Below are positions 39,090 to 52,489 of a stretch of 64,000 nucleotides of DNA, one piece after another. How positions within the stretch are numbered: the first letter of the stretch is position 1; the number at the start of each line of letters is the position of its first letter. The position numbers and the translations under genes are program-made. The notes beneath the pieces were generated by a model. It had not been told where the DNA came from, ran no database searches, and saw only the letters and a program-made list of their open reading frames with translations. Source of the stretch: Octopus sinensis (taxonomy: Eukaryota); assembly GCF_006345805.1 (NCBI RefSeq), contig NC_043007.1, positions 6,448,001 through 6,512,000 on the forward strand. Direction: 5' to 3'.

Positions 39090-39924
39090 GACGAAGCGTT
39101 CACCGTTTGGTTCCGTTGAAGCAATTCTTAATGGATAATCCCTTCCCTGTTCCACCATACGCACAACATCGTTTTACGCGGATGAAGATCTTGTTTCACG
39201 CGCGGTGTCGCCTGTTTGCCAGAGCTAAGTTTTTCCTTATGCTGCTTCATATTGATGTACAGGCACCATCTCTCGTCACCAGTAACGATTCTGTAAAAAA
39301 ACCGCTGGCTGTGTTCATGAGTTGAGTGGCGACAAATAAGCAAACCAGCGGAGGTTGTGGATCATTGATTATTGTTGTTGTTGTCACTTAAAGCATGTGG
39401 AACGCATGCTCCATACTGTTTAACCTTTCCCATCGAGTGGAGATGCTTCTCTATAACAGTGTGTAACCGTTCCATTTTATCTGCCAGTTTCCATGTCGCT
39501 TGGCAAGAAATTTTGTGCAAAAGTTGGTTTAATCGCTCTTCATCCAACTCAACTGGACGGTCAGAACGAGGTGCGTCTTTGAGGTCAAAATTTCCAATTT
39601 TGAACTTGGCATACCAATCGCAAGCGGCTCTTTTAGCTATGGCACCCTCTCTATACACAGCACACATGTCGTGAGCACCTTTTGCGGCCTTAGAAACCTG
39701 ATTAAATGTAAAGAGAAGGAGGTGTCGAAAATGCTCGTTTTTCTTAACATGACATTCCATTTTAATGATCAGAAAATAAACAATAATTAACTAAAATTAG
39801 CTAGAAAAAAGAAGATTTCACAATGATACAACAATAGAATTCTTGAAAAAAATAGTTTCCAAAATTTAAAAACGCAATAAATTCCAAAATTTAAAAAGAC
39901 GGTGGGAACTTATTTGCCAACACA

Positions 39925-39927
<3 letters not shown>
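39090..39927 (-). mobile_element. Mariner element 5' half with TIR and decayed transposase
   Basis: Terminus TATTGTGTTGGCAAATAAGTT at 39927 (TA plus mariner-type TIR); MECHVKKNEHFRHLLLF...DLKDAPRSDRP...CVPHALS (WVPHEL motif), IVTGDERW, HPRKTMLCVWWNREGIIH; 3' end missing. Confidence 0.92.
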
Positions 39928-39979
<52 letters not shown>

Positions 39980-39995
39980 CTTATATTATTTGATT

Positions 39996-40074
<79 letters not shown>

Positions 40075-40574
40075 CATACGCAATTTTCTATGTATGTATA
40101 TATTTGATACATGTATAGTTTTCGGTTCGCATAGAATTTGATATTCTGGTTCCATTAGAATATGACAATCCTGTTTCGGTTGGCCTTTCTTGTAATCACA
40201 GGTGTTTTCACATTGCAAGATAATTGCGTTGAAACATTTCTATATTTTAATTTCACACGAAACCGATTCGATTTGTCGTTATATATTAAATATAATGTCT
40301 AACACCTGCACGCCATATCACCACGATCTACACACAAATAGACGAATGCATTTGTTTGTGTGTTTGCGTGTGCGTGTGCATGTGTTTATCTGTATGTGTG
40401 TGTGCGGCGCGCGCGCCCGCGTGTGTGTGTATTTAGTGAGTGCTTCCAGTCCAACATCACATATATTTAATTATCAATAAATTCCCAGAAAATAACAAAA
40501 TCATCGAGAACTGGGTATGTTTGGGAAATATTTGAAGTAGATAATATCTTTATATCCATATTAGTTGCTTTGAA

Positions 40575-40821
40575 AGACTTTGAGACTGAGGGATGGTGCA
40601 TGGTATGAAAGGATGGGTGAGACTTTGAGACTGAGGGATGGTGCATGGTATGAAAGGATGAGTGAGACTTTGAGACTGAGGGATGGTGCATGGTATGAAA
40701 GGATGGGTGAGACTTTGAGACTGAGGGATGGTGCATGGTATGAAAGGATGGGTGAGACTTTGAGACTGAGGGATGGTGCATGGTATGAAAGGATGGGCGA
40801 GATTTTGAAACCTGAAAGGGA
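40575..40821. repeat. 45-bp minisatellite, 5 full copies plus a partial copy
   Basis: Unit AGACTTTGAGACTGAGGGATGGTGCATGGTATGAAAGGATGGGTG; single substitutions in copies 2 and 5. Confidence 0.95.
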
Positions 40822-41169
40822 GATAAGCTGTCTTTGCTTAGTTGCGGATTTTTGCACTAAATATGAACTGTGAATTTGGTTTCAGATTGCAATGGTGCTG
40901 ATGTAATTAACATTTCCCTCTTTAAAACATGCTCAATGGGTTGGTTCTTAATGCTATCTGCTGCGGCGTCAGAATGAATTGGAAAGAGATATGTGACGTC
41001 GCTGAAAATTATGAATGCAAGGTATTTTAATATAACCTCGTCTCATCCATCGAGTGTGTATTCTTACTTGAAAGTGGTAGGAATTGTGTAATTGGTTTCC
41101 GAGATATCAAAGTTTTTGTAAATAAATGCACCCACATTCGCATGTTGTATGTCTTCAACACATATCTCT

Positions 41170-41571
41170 CTTTTCTCTTTTACTTGTTTCAGTCATTTGA
41201 CTGCGGCCATGCCGGAGCACCGCCTTTAGTCGAACAAATCGACTTATTCTTTGTAAGCCCAGTACTTATTCTATCGGTCCCTTTTGCCGAACCGCTAAGT
41301 GACGGTAACGTAAACACACCAGCATTGTTGTCAAGCAATGCTAGGAGGACAAACACAGACACACAAACATATACACACACACTTATATATATATATATAC
41401 ATATATACGACAGGCTTCTTTCAGTTTCTGTCTATCAAATCCACTCACAAGGCATTGGTCGGCCCGGGACTATAGCAGAAGACACTTGCCCAAGATGCCA
41501 CGCAGTGGGACTGAACCCGGAATAATGTTGTTGGTTAGCAAGCTACTTACCACTCAGCCACTCCCGCGCCT
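41170..41571 (-). mobile_element. Full-length octopus-type tRNA-derived SINE with internal microsatellite
   Basis: Minus strand AGGCGCGGGAGTGGCTGAGTGGTAAG (A box)...GGGTTCAGTCCC (B box)...GACTGAAACAAGTAAAAGAG. Confidence 0.9.
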
Positions 41572-41800
41572 ATATGTGGCTGAAGATTGCTCGATATTTT
41601 AAAACTGATGTAATACTTGCATTGTTTAATTAAATGAAGTAGCATGAAACGATTGTACTGCACTACCTTTGGATAACCTTGTTGCTTATTTTGATTATAA
41701 TCACCCCATTTGATTTATATGGATAATACCATACAAAATTCTGGTGCCTTTAACTTAAGTACCGTATTCATCTGAATCTAAGTTTTGCTGAACTTATCTC

Positions 41801-41844
<44 letters not shown>

Positions 41845-41866
41845 GGTAAGTATGTATGTATATATA

Positions 41867-41909
<43 letters not shown>

Positions 41910-42332
41910 ATATATTATATATATATATATACATATATACGACAGGCTTCTTTCAGTTTCTGTCTATCAAATCCACTCACAAGGCATTGGTCGGCCCGGG
42001 ACTATAGCAGAAGACACTTGCCCAAGATGCCACGCAGTGGGACTGAACCCGGAATAATGTTGTTGGTTAGCAAGCTACTTACCACTCAGCCACTCCCGCG
42101 CCTATATGTGGCTGAAGATTGCTCGATATTTTAAAACTGATGTAATACTTGCATTGTTTAATTAAATGAAGTAGCATGAAACGATTGTACTGCACTACCT
42201 TTGGATAACCTTGTTGCTTATTTTGATTATAATCACCCCATTTGATTTATATGGATAATACCATACAAAATTCTGGTGCCTTTAACTTAAGTACCGTATT
42301 CATCTGAATCTAAGTTTTGCTGAACTTATCTC

Positions 42333-42376
<44 letters not shown>

Positions 42377-42390
42377 GGTAAGTATGTATG

Positions 42391-42452
<62 letters not shown>

Positions 42453-42470
42453 TATATATATAATATATAT
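41400..42470. repeat. Tandem duplication, ~532-bp period (SINE head plus repeat plus microsatellite)
   Basis: GACAGGCTTC at 41409 and 41941; non-microsatellite portions read identical; boundaries lie in (TA)n. Confidence 0.95.
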
Positions 42471-43691
42471 ATATATACATATATGTATGTACATTGTGCA
42501 AGTATGTGTATTGTATTCCTATGTCTAAATTAAGCGGAGGGAACTGGGAAAATGCTCAGAACAACGAGCAGCAGAAACATGGTTGCCAGTCATAACTCAT
42601 CAGCTTTTTATTTAAAGCTGATAACGTTTTCGGAATATCTTAAAAGTAGGATCACTCATCTCTGACAATGTTGGTAGATTTATAATGAATGTTATGAGAG
42701 AGGACAAAGTGAAGAAAGACGATACTATTGAACAAGATTGGGAGAACGACAACGGGAGACGATAGACGAAAGACAGAAAGTGGGGAAGAGAGAAAGGAAA
42801 GACGAAAAATAGCCACTGGATTTAATTACAAGAAGATTAATTTGGACAAAAAAACATCAGTTTGGTATTAGAATCAAATAAAATAACTAGCACATTAAAA
42901 CAGGTAAAGCACAGATGTAGTTACCATTATGGCCTTGTACGTTGTTGGATGACGGCCTTAATGGTCTGTGTATACTTTCAGCAAAAGAGTTGTTCGCTTC
43001 AAAATGCCGGTGGGTCTAAAAAAATACAACGAATGAATGATTATGAAAAGACATGATTAGGACAAGACGATAAGTATTTGGAGATTTATGAAAAATTAAT
43101 TGTGGTAAATATTTAAACCTGTCAGTCTAACAAATAAGATAATTAGCTCTTCATGCTGTGGTAAACATCTCGCAGAATGAATCGACAATAAACTTCAAAC
43201 GTCTTTTGACAAGTGGGAAAAGATGAAGGAACCATGGAAGAGCGTTACTGCAAAGAGACATTGTCGATTGTTGGATGTTAATCCTTAAGTGAATGAGGGA
43301 GATCTACATGAAAATGAGGGGACTAGTAGTGAATCCATGTTCAAAAAGAATGAAGAATGCCAATTTATTTCGCTTAGAACTCTGTTAGAGCTGCGTTGCA
43401 TAAACCGTGCTCGAAATTTAAAGAAATATCAATTTTTATTTGGAGTTGTCCAAAACCTTATCAAGAATTAATTATAATTTAGTACAATATAAAACATGTG
43501 CATCAGTCTGCTGCCGTCTCTGATTAGACTTTTATGAAGCAAAAGAAGCAAAGGCTTCGAGTAAAATGATTGACAGTTAATATTCAATTTTCACAGTTAT
43601 GGAATCGTTAACCGAGGAATTTTCATTGCCATCTCAGTCGTATTGCAATACAAATGGTGACATAGTTACGCTGGTGCGTACACACACACAC

Positions 43692-43731
<40 letters not shown>

Positions 43732-45814
43732 ACACTCACATATTTCTTTGATTAAACACAGGCTTAATTTTACAAGAAGGAATTTATTGTCCTTTAACTA
43801 AATCCCGTCGTGTATGCATGAATAATTTATCAGCAAAGCAACTAAATGAAATTTCGTGAAAGAATCTGAAGCAGGATATTAAATATTCATAAAAAATACG
43901 GCGTTTCGATATTATTTTTATTTCATATTAACTTTAGCTGACTTGGTGGCTAGTAAAGCAGGTAGCGTGCTGGACAAAATAAAATGCAATATCTACTCAG
44001 GCCCTTCTACGACTAGAGATCAAACCTCACCGCGGTAGGCCTTGCATTCAAGGGTTTCGGGAAAACAAATACATTCGAGAATGGTTCCACTTTCCAAACA
44101 TGTAGCGCGGTCCGCTGTGAGAAATCAATATTAAGATTAAATGGGTCCAATAACTTCTATAAGTGACCGACGAATGCCAGCCACAATGTATATGTTAGCG
44201 ACAAAGACAGTGTTAATATCGTGAGGCCATATTTATGCTCAGTAAAATGCGGATGGTCTGATAGAACAAACTGTACTGCACTGGCATTGTTATTCTCTAA
44301 ATCGCTGGCGACGAGATAAATCACTGTTGTATGTCAAGTGGTCGAGCGACTATCATTGACAAATCCAAGGAAGGTCGAAATCACGTGACCTGATAGTCTC
44401 AGCGCTGGAGATGGCAGAAATTTACCTCTCCACTAGCGATAGTAACGAAAGAGCGTTTTGCACCTAAAGTCAATATGATAGTTTCCTCCGTGATAACTAC
44501 CGCAGTATAGTTTCTATCAGAACATCCACTTTTAAGAGAGGATAAATGATACCAGCCAACATGTGTTGCTGCATATTGATACGCTTTTACGACCTTATTT
44601 CAAATTCTAATCGCATCAGCTTTTCCATTTGTTGTTGACCTTTATAAGCACTGGTTCCGTATTCGATACATTTAACTAGAGCCTACTAAGCCTACTAAAT
44701 GTGTTAGTAGTCGTAAACTCAATTCTTGTTCTTGAAGTAACATCATTCCGAAATCCACATGTGGCCAAGATCATTTACAAATCCTAAACTTTAAACGATA
44801 ACAAGAATTTTGAAATCTTTATTTGATATTATGTTAGTAGAGCCACGAAGCACCGCCTTACATTGCCCTCCGCTTATTTGTAGATGCTTCAAGTGATCGA
44901 GAAGGCACTGAGAGAACAAAATATTTCGTTTCAGATATATTATATGAAAAGTTTTTCAAGTTTTTTCTTTAATGTAACTGTGTCTAGCAACCTTTTTACG
45001 TCAACAAATACATTTTCCACAGTTAATATATAGATCTAACACCAGCGTTATATAAATGCGTGGCATGAGGGTTTTTCTTAATATTTTAGATCAAAATAAC
45101 TCCATTACAAATATACATACCACACACTGACGCACACACACATACACACACTCTGTGTCCCTCTCTTTCTCTCTCTCTCTCACAGAGACTCACACACAGA
45201 TACACACACACAATTTTACTTGCGCATCAGCAAAATTAAACAAAATGATGAAGACAAAATGATACTCAACGAAAACAGGAAGCGTATTTCGTGCTGTTGC
45301 TTCAGATAATTTCTCATTCAACTGCTGAAAATGGATCTTATAAATGGCTTTAATACAATCATTAATGATGGCAGAAGGTTTCCAGGTTAGTTGGTCTATC
45401 AGTTTTGTTTTCATTTAAGTCATTCCATTGAGCTGGAATGTAAACATAATGGATTAATGCCAACGGTTGCGTTCACACAATCAGCTCCATTTTCTATAGC
45501 CACATTTAGAAAGACTGTCATTAGCCGCAGTTCTTCAACACTTGCCCATTGAACTCCTGTTTTGCCACGCTGGCCCCTATCATTTCCTTCCACGTACCCA
45601 GTAAAATGTTTAGAACTTCGTGTATTGGACATGTTTTAAATCCACGCAGAACCGCCGTTTCCACAGCCCTGCTTCCTTCTTGCACTTTCCGTTCCCTACT
45701 TACAAAATTATTCAAAATCTGATGCAATAGTTCTCCCCATTTTCACGATGTCTAAAATAAACGGTATATTGTCTTTGAAACAGCTCCTTTCTCTTGGCTT
45801 TTCCTTATTCCACT

Positions 45815-46201
45815 GTGGAGGCGCAATGGCCCAGTGGTTAGGGCAGCGGACTCGCGGTCATAGGATCGCGGTTTCGATTCCCAGACCGGGTGTTGTGAGT
45901 GTTTATTTAGCGAAAACACCTAAAGCTCCACGAGTCTCCGGCAGGGGATGGTGGTGAACCCTGCTGTACTCTTTCACCACAACTTTCTCTCACTCTTACT
46001 TCCTGTTTCTGTTGTACCTATATTTCAAAGGGCCGGCCTTGTCACTCTCTGTGTCACGCTGAATATCCCCGAGAGCTACGTTAAGGGTACACATGTCTGT
46101 GGAGTGCTCAGCCACTTACACGTTAATTTCACGAGCAGGCTGTTCCGTTTATTCGGATCAGCCGGAACCCTCGTCGTCGTAACCGACGGAGTGCTTCCTC
46201 C
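45815..46201 (+). mobile_element. Full-length tRNA(Arg)-like SINE (OR-type) with 13-bp TSD
   Basis: GGAGGCGCAATGGCCCAGTGGTTAGG (A box), GGACTCGCGGTC, GGTTTCGATTCCC (B box); TSD TCCTTATTCCACT at 45802-45814 and 46202-46214. Confidence 0.9.
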
Positions 46202-46950
46202 TCCTTATTCCACTAGTATTGCGAAGACTGTTTGAAACTGGGGTAAATATCTATCCTACAGGCATTTAGTCCAAGTTTTCCTTACTGAATTGACTGTAAA
46301 TCTGCTTCTGAAAAATTCTCAAACAACATCATATCTAAATTGAATATTTGTTTGAAAATTTAAGATATTTCGGTGTCGTTAGAGCAAACAAATATTGGCA
46401 GTTACGTATTAGAGTTATTGCATCAGTTGTCTCCAAGTTGATTTTGTTCATCCCATGGGAACATTTAAATGATTGCTTTCCCAAAATATTTTAATTGATT
46501 TCGCTTTTACATGTAAAACAAAACTTGTTTTAGAGATTTGATAATGAAGCCTTTCTTGCGGTTTCTTAGAAGTTAATTAGAATACATAAAATGAAAACGT
46601 TGTTAGGGTTTTAATTTTGATTTCAAAGAATTTTATAAACATACAAATGGATCGAACCTGGAATCCTATTTAGAAATTTCAAAGAGAAAAAAATAAATAA
46701 AAAAGAAATGCGGATTAGCAAATCGACTGGGTTCTAAGTGTCGAGGAATAAGATTAAATGCTTTCATACAATTTCCTATCGTTCTCTAAAGACAAAGCCA
46801 TTAGAATTTGTCTGCTACATACTAGTAAAAAGGTGTTAACAATACTCCGACTGCCTGCATGATAGATATACTGACATTATATATACATATATACATTACA
46901 TATATATATATACATACATACATACATACATACATACATACATACATACA

Positions 46951-46985
<35 letters not shown>

Positions 46986-46997
46986 TCATATATATAT

Positions 46998-47094
46998 GGA
47001 GAATTCACAAAAAAAAACAAAATACGAAGACAGGTGGTGTAGACAACAGACATATTTATTAGTTTAACGCTCGGGAAGTGAGAAAGTGTTTAAC

Positions 47095-47096
<2 letters not shown>
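46998..47096 (-). mobile_element. Family A (TA)n-flanked mini-element, truncated at the ACGT of the hammerhead-like motif
   Basis: Homologous to 50423-50520; ends ...GTGTTTAACGT then (AT)n. Confidence 0.7.
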
Positions 47097-47125
<29 letters not shown>

Positions 47126-47329
47126 TATATATATATATATATATAATATATATATATATAATGAAATGGATAAATGAATTATCTTGTTACGGATTATTCA
47201 AAATTTAACCGATACCTATGTAGCAAAAATCACACCAGAAAAGACACGGTTGAGGTTACGACCATGGGGTTTCGCCCCCGTGCTTTAGCGCGGATAATTG
47301 ATATATATATATATATATAACTCTATAAC

Positions 47330-48440
47330 TCACGAATAACACCCACATACAAATTTTCATTATCATTAACACATACCTCTCTATATCTCTTCTATTAACC
47401 TCACCTTAACACTTTATAAGATAACTATCAATTCTTTAATTTATTTTAAAACCTTAACCCAATAAATCCCCTAATATTTAAATCTAACTCCTACCCCTAA
47501 ATAATTTAACATTCAACTAGTTTCTCCATTCACGACTACCTACACACCCATAACCCCATTGCAAGAATTAACTCTACAGCCACTGACCTTAGCCAGAACG
47601 GAAAGAAGCATTTACTGCGAGATTTCCTCCTCAAATCCTATAGACTAGAAGAATACTCCTGGCACCTGTTATATTCTCTTTAAATTCCTCTCATTTTGCT
47701 CTCGTTTGTTTATTTTGTTTTACTTTATGTAATCTTCCTTTACCTCCTCTTCTCCTCTCTCTTATCTTCTTGGATATCTTTGTACACTATATTCTTAGGC
47801 ATTATATTTTTATATACCTTACTTTATCCTTAACACCAATCCTTAACTTCGTCCCTGACTCTATCTACCTCTCTTTCTATTTATTTACTTTCGTTTCCTT
47901 TTACCACTTAATGGTCACCTCCGCTACCATTCTGTCACTGAACGTTGATACGTTCGAATCTATTTCTGAATATTTACACTATCAGGACTTTAACCTTTAT
48001 GGATTCACGCAGGATTGCATCAAAGGACTTACCGACTGACTTCTACACGATCGGAAATTTGAACAGTTAAATTTGTGCTTCTTTTTTCTTTTCTTTCTTT
48101 ATCTCCTTATACTTTTACTCCTGTCCTCCATGTCATTATTTCCTCAATATAAACCCTTTCTCTCTATTTGTCGCCGATGATGGAATATCCCATACTCTGG
48201 GATATCCCCCAAACAGTTGTAAGATTTTGAACTTCTTTTCCCAATAATAATACTGAATATGACTTGAGATGTTTGCTTTGCCTCGATGTTTGTTTCCCTC
48301 TTTAACAATTATATAACTGCTATGACGGACATTTGTAATGGCTTCAAAACTACAGTCTCGGGTATAACCTTGGAGCCCTAGTAATCCGTTACAACCACTT
48401 ACCTGCCGTACCTAGCCGTTTAGATCACCTGTAAACCCTC
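47330..48440 (+). mobile_element. Probable Penelope-like element remnant (pyrimidine-rich strand, decayed ORF pieces, hammerhead-like motif)
   Basis: Broken frames HDYLHTHNPIARINSTATDLSQNGKKHLLRDFLLKSYRLEEYSWHLL and MVTSATILSLNVDTFESISEYLHYQDF; motif at 48170-48225; assignment is inference. Confidence 0.3.
48170..48225 (+). ncRNA. Decayed type-I hammerhead-like motif with long helix II and palindromic helix III
   Basis: GUCG-CCGAUGA-U-GGaAUAUCCCA(UACUC)UGGGAUAUcCC-c-cAAA-CAGUUG-UA-AGAU; G12 replaced by C; helix III near-palindrome ACAG(C/U)UGU. Confidence 0.35.
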
Positions 48441-48519
48441 ATAGTTTTTACATACACATACATATATGTATATATATATATACATACAAACATACATACA
48501 CACATGCACACACGCACAC

Positions 48520-48566
<47 letters not shown>

Positions 48567-48576
48567 TATACTTATA

Positions 48577-48753
48577 TTTTTATTCTTTACTTGTTTCAGT
48601 CATTTGACTGCGGCTATGCTGGAGCATCACATTTAGTCGAATAAATCTTATTCTATCGGTATCTTTTTGCCGAACCACTACGTTACGGGGACTTAAACAC
48701 ACAGACATTGGTTGGTAAGCGATGACGGAGGGACAAACACAGATACAAGTAAC

Positions 48754-48796
<43 letters not shown>

Positions 48797-48950
48797 ACAG
48801 GCTTCTTACAGTTTCCGTCTACCAAATCCACTCACAAGGTTTTGGTCGTCCCGAGGCTATGGTAGAAGACATACCTGAGATGCCACACAGTGGTACTGAA
48901 CCCGGAAGCATGTGGTTGGGAAGTAAGCTTCTTACCACATAGTCACATAC
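48577..48950 (-). mobile_element. Octopus-type SINE with internal (TA)n
   Basis: TTACTTGTTTCAGTCATTTGACTGCGGCTATGC...GTACTGAACCCGG; homologous to 41170. Confidence 0.85.
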
Positions 48951-50378
48951 ACTTTAAGATACATAAATGGTTACTTTTATCTAAAGCTGTGTCAGTTGTT
49001 TGTAGACAGTAAGACGTATTTATTTTCTTTTTCTACAAAACCCGGACGTATGTGAATAATATCATTCTTGCAACTGACTTGTACAATTTCCTCCGATTAA
49101 TATCACACTATTTCATCTTCTTCTTCCCTTTCTCTCTCTTTATTTGTTCCCTCTTTTTGCTCTTTCTCTCTCTCCCTTCTACTTTCAAATGTTCCTCATC
49201 TTTTCATGCTTCTCTAAGTTTTATTGATTTAGAGAAGCACATTGTTTTGCTATATTCGTAGTTTTCAGCAATATCAAAAATATGATAAGGTCTATACGTT
49301 AAAACGATATTTTGTACAAATATAAATTTTAAAGCTTAAAAAGATGTCCTCTATTTCCGATTTATGTAGATTTTAATCAATATAAATGAAGTAGTTACAA
49401 GAATTAATATATTATCTCACGATAATGTTCACTGAACGTTCGAAACGCTAAGAACTTTTTCGATCACAATTTTCGTTACTAAAACGTATTATCCATAATG
49501 AAATTCGCATGAATTTTATTATAATTTAGTAAGAATTTGTTTATGCATTTGTTGGTATGGTTTATTTTACTAGTACGGTCGATAGTCTAAATAGCTATTA
49601 ATTTTTAATGTGTCTTCTTTAGATACTTTGTTTTTCTACCAAACATTATATGTTTACTATTATCACTAAAAGCTTTTCCCTTGCCTAATTAGATAGATGC
49701 CAATTAGACGTCTGACTTCGATGTTTACAGACAACCCAGTTAGTTAATATATTGTTTACTGAAACATCAGTTTCTTTTCGTGAAAGGCAGGAAACGTGTC
49801 AAGATACATCAAGTGGTAAACAACATCCTCATCATAAAATAACCATATTTGGTAGGCCTCCAAGACAATTCTGTTGCTTCAGATATCTGGAATAAACAGA
49901 ACAGAATGCAGAACAATTGAGTTTAGTTACAATAACCGACTAACGAAAGCTACATTTTAAATGTATTGATTTGTAACACACGGTTGAAGCCGTTCCACTC
50001 GATAGAATATTTGACAGTGTCTATTAATGGCTGACATTATAAATGGCAACGGAATAAATCTTCTGGAGGATTCACGTGATCTTAACAATATCTTATTGAA
50101 TGATAAAAATTCCGAACAAAATTTCATAAAAATCTAGCTTAATGATTACTAGGATTTCTTATTGTTTAATATCGATTTCTGCGTCTTAGACACAGGCCTT
50201 GATACTTGTAAGGAATGTGTATTATGTGTCTAATATTAACTACTCATCAGTAAATGTCGAACATTTAGTTTGTGCCAGTGCTGGCAAAACCTTTGTTAAT
50301 TCGACCATAAAAATTTCGTTTGAACTAACTCTGTTTAGCAAACGTCGAATAAGGACAGAGTCTCCTTTGATATATATA

Positions 50379-50422
<44 letters not shown>

Positions 50423-50426
<4 letters not shown>

Positions 50427-50617
50427 AAAGTTTACGAAAAAAAACAAAAGACAAAGACAGTGGTGTACAAAACAAACAGATGTATTAGTATAACGCTCAG
50501 GAATAGAAAAAGTATTTTACGTTTCGAGCCTACGCTCTCCTACAGAAAGGGACACAGAAAAAACAAGAAGAGAAACAAGGCGAGAAAAAGAATGTTTGTA
50601 GTGGCTAACGATCTATC

Positions 50618-50618
<1 letters not shown>
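50423..50618 (-). mobile_element. Family A (TA)n-flanked mini-element
   Basis: Reverse complement of 59370-59527 and 53956-54090; hammerhead-like motif at 50515-50550 (CTGTAGG variant). Confidence 0.8.
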
Positions 50619-50695
<77 letters not shown>

Positions 50696-52489
50696 GCATG
50701 TATGTATAATCAGAAGTCCATGAGCGTAGCATACCAGAAATATATTTTCTATCAAAATACAGTCAGTTTAAACGAGGCCCTACAAGTATTTATTGCATGA
50801 TTCTGTTCTATTTTACAGAGACCCGATATCGACATTAGTTTTTTTCTAGATAAACTCGAAGTTATGATATATTGAATGTAGATACAGTGTACATGACAAT
50901 AAACCTGGTTATTTTAGTATTTTTTCGTCTCCATTACAATGCAGTCGCATATTGTTAAACTGAATAAAGAGTTATGGAATATTTGTTATATAATTCTACT
51001 TATATAATTATATTTACACACCTGCTATAAAGACTTTCCTATTTTTTTTATTATTAAGGTAAAAAGGGACATAGGTAGTGATATAGAATTAAAACATATA
51101 AGTAAAAAAATATGGAAACAAAAAAAAATTTTGGCAGAAAGGGGAAGAGCAAAAGAGGAAATAAAGATAAGCAACTGATTCTGAAAGCATTCATGTTACC
51201 AAATTACATAAAAACTCAGAAAATTTTCAATGTATTGAAAATATTGTATCTATATGTAAAATATTGTATCTATATGTAAAACATAATTGCTTGTTTTTTT
51301 TATTATTGTATAAACATGGGAGAAAGTACAAAAAGTTTAAACAAGATAAAATTAGAAAACAACAGCCTTTCGTAGCTTTGGCATTTAAGATATTTATGTT
51401 TGTTCGTTTTCAGAAACAACGGTGAACAAAGAGGGTTATGAATTTATAGAAAATTAGACCTAGCCATTATATAAAAGGACACCTGCTATTAAGACTTTCA
51501 ATTTACATCCAACACCGGGAAAAAAATCAGTCTATAACAAGTCTTAAATATTCTGCTATATGTTTCTGACTACTACTATGACGTATAGTACGAAATATTC
51601 CCAAACATACCATAAAATAATGGTTGTCATATACTGAAACTGACGAAGTGGTGGATTGAAATGATGTAGTTACCATCTGGAAACTGGACCTCAACTAAGC
51701 TACTCAAGGTGCATTATGGTTGTTGTAAGGCGAATGACTATAGGATCTGAATTCAGAGCTCAAAGAGCTAGAACAAAAAAAAACTTTGGGCCAACGTTGT
51801 TACATTTTCGCAAATTCAAAACCACTATCGACCACAAACAAGAGAATTGCAGAGTTTACGGTGGCAGGATTTGAACTTACACTCGCTAAGATTTAAAATA
51901 GATATCACGATTATTCTGTTCGACGCTGTAACAATTCTGGCATTTCTCCACTTTAATATCAATTCACCGACCGCCTTATTGATACTGTTAATTGCTATAG
52001 ATTGCATTTACTTGGACGAGACGTGTAGCATAAATGAAATAGCGATTTATTAATCCCAGTGCCCAAAGGAGACATATTTTACCGTTAAATAATTATGCTT
52101 ATGCTCAAATCATGACTTAATTTATAATTTCAATCGGAATACTTTAATAAATACAGCTTGAATATCGAAGGAATTAAATAACTTAGATTTTCACTTGAGA
52201 TAATAAACAATTAATTTCGTGTATTAATCAAGCAATCGGAATTCGATTTATAAATTAATTTGCCCTTTCTAATAAAGATTCATTGATAGTTAGATAAATA
52301 TAACTTTCTCCATCCACTATTCTCTTGGTCGTTCTCCTGTTGAAAAACCAAAACATTGATTAGTGTATTTACCCAAGACCGTATTATGGAACTTACTGGG
52401 ATTTCATATTAACAGAAGGTCCTTTTAAAGATTCAATGTTCTATGAGTATAATTTCTTGTATATTTAAACATCCAAACATATATATCAG

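Noticed and set aside
40575-40821. 45-bp repeats as a CRISPR array
   Set aside because: Units are directly adjacent with no unique spacers; eukaryotic context; no cas genes
45420-45727. Overlapping 68- and 70-aa minus-strand ORFs as exons
   Set aside because: The candidate acceptor/donor pair near 45760/45703 has stops in all frames, and no motif was recognised
45817-45890. tRNA-Arg gene
   Set aside because: No proper acceptor stem; the head continues into ~310 bp of SINE body and is bounded by a TSD
47255-47295. Minus-strand GAAA-CCCCATGG-TC as a hammerhead
   Set aside because: Core CTAAAGC has two mismatches, helix II is not formable and helix I is absent
48402-48428. Minus-strand micro-exon ending CAG|GTAAGT as a host exon
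   Set aside because: Stops in all frames, and it lies within a probable repeat
51636-51672. CTGACGA...GAAA hammerhead
   Set aside because: No helix II or helix I complementarity; likely chance
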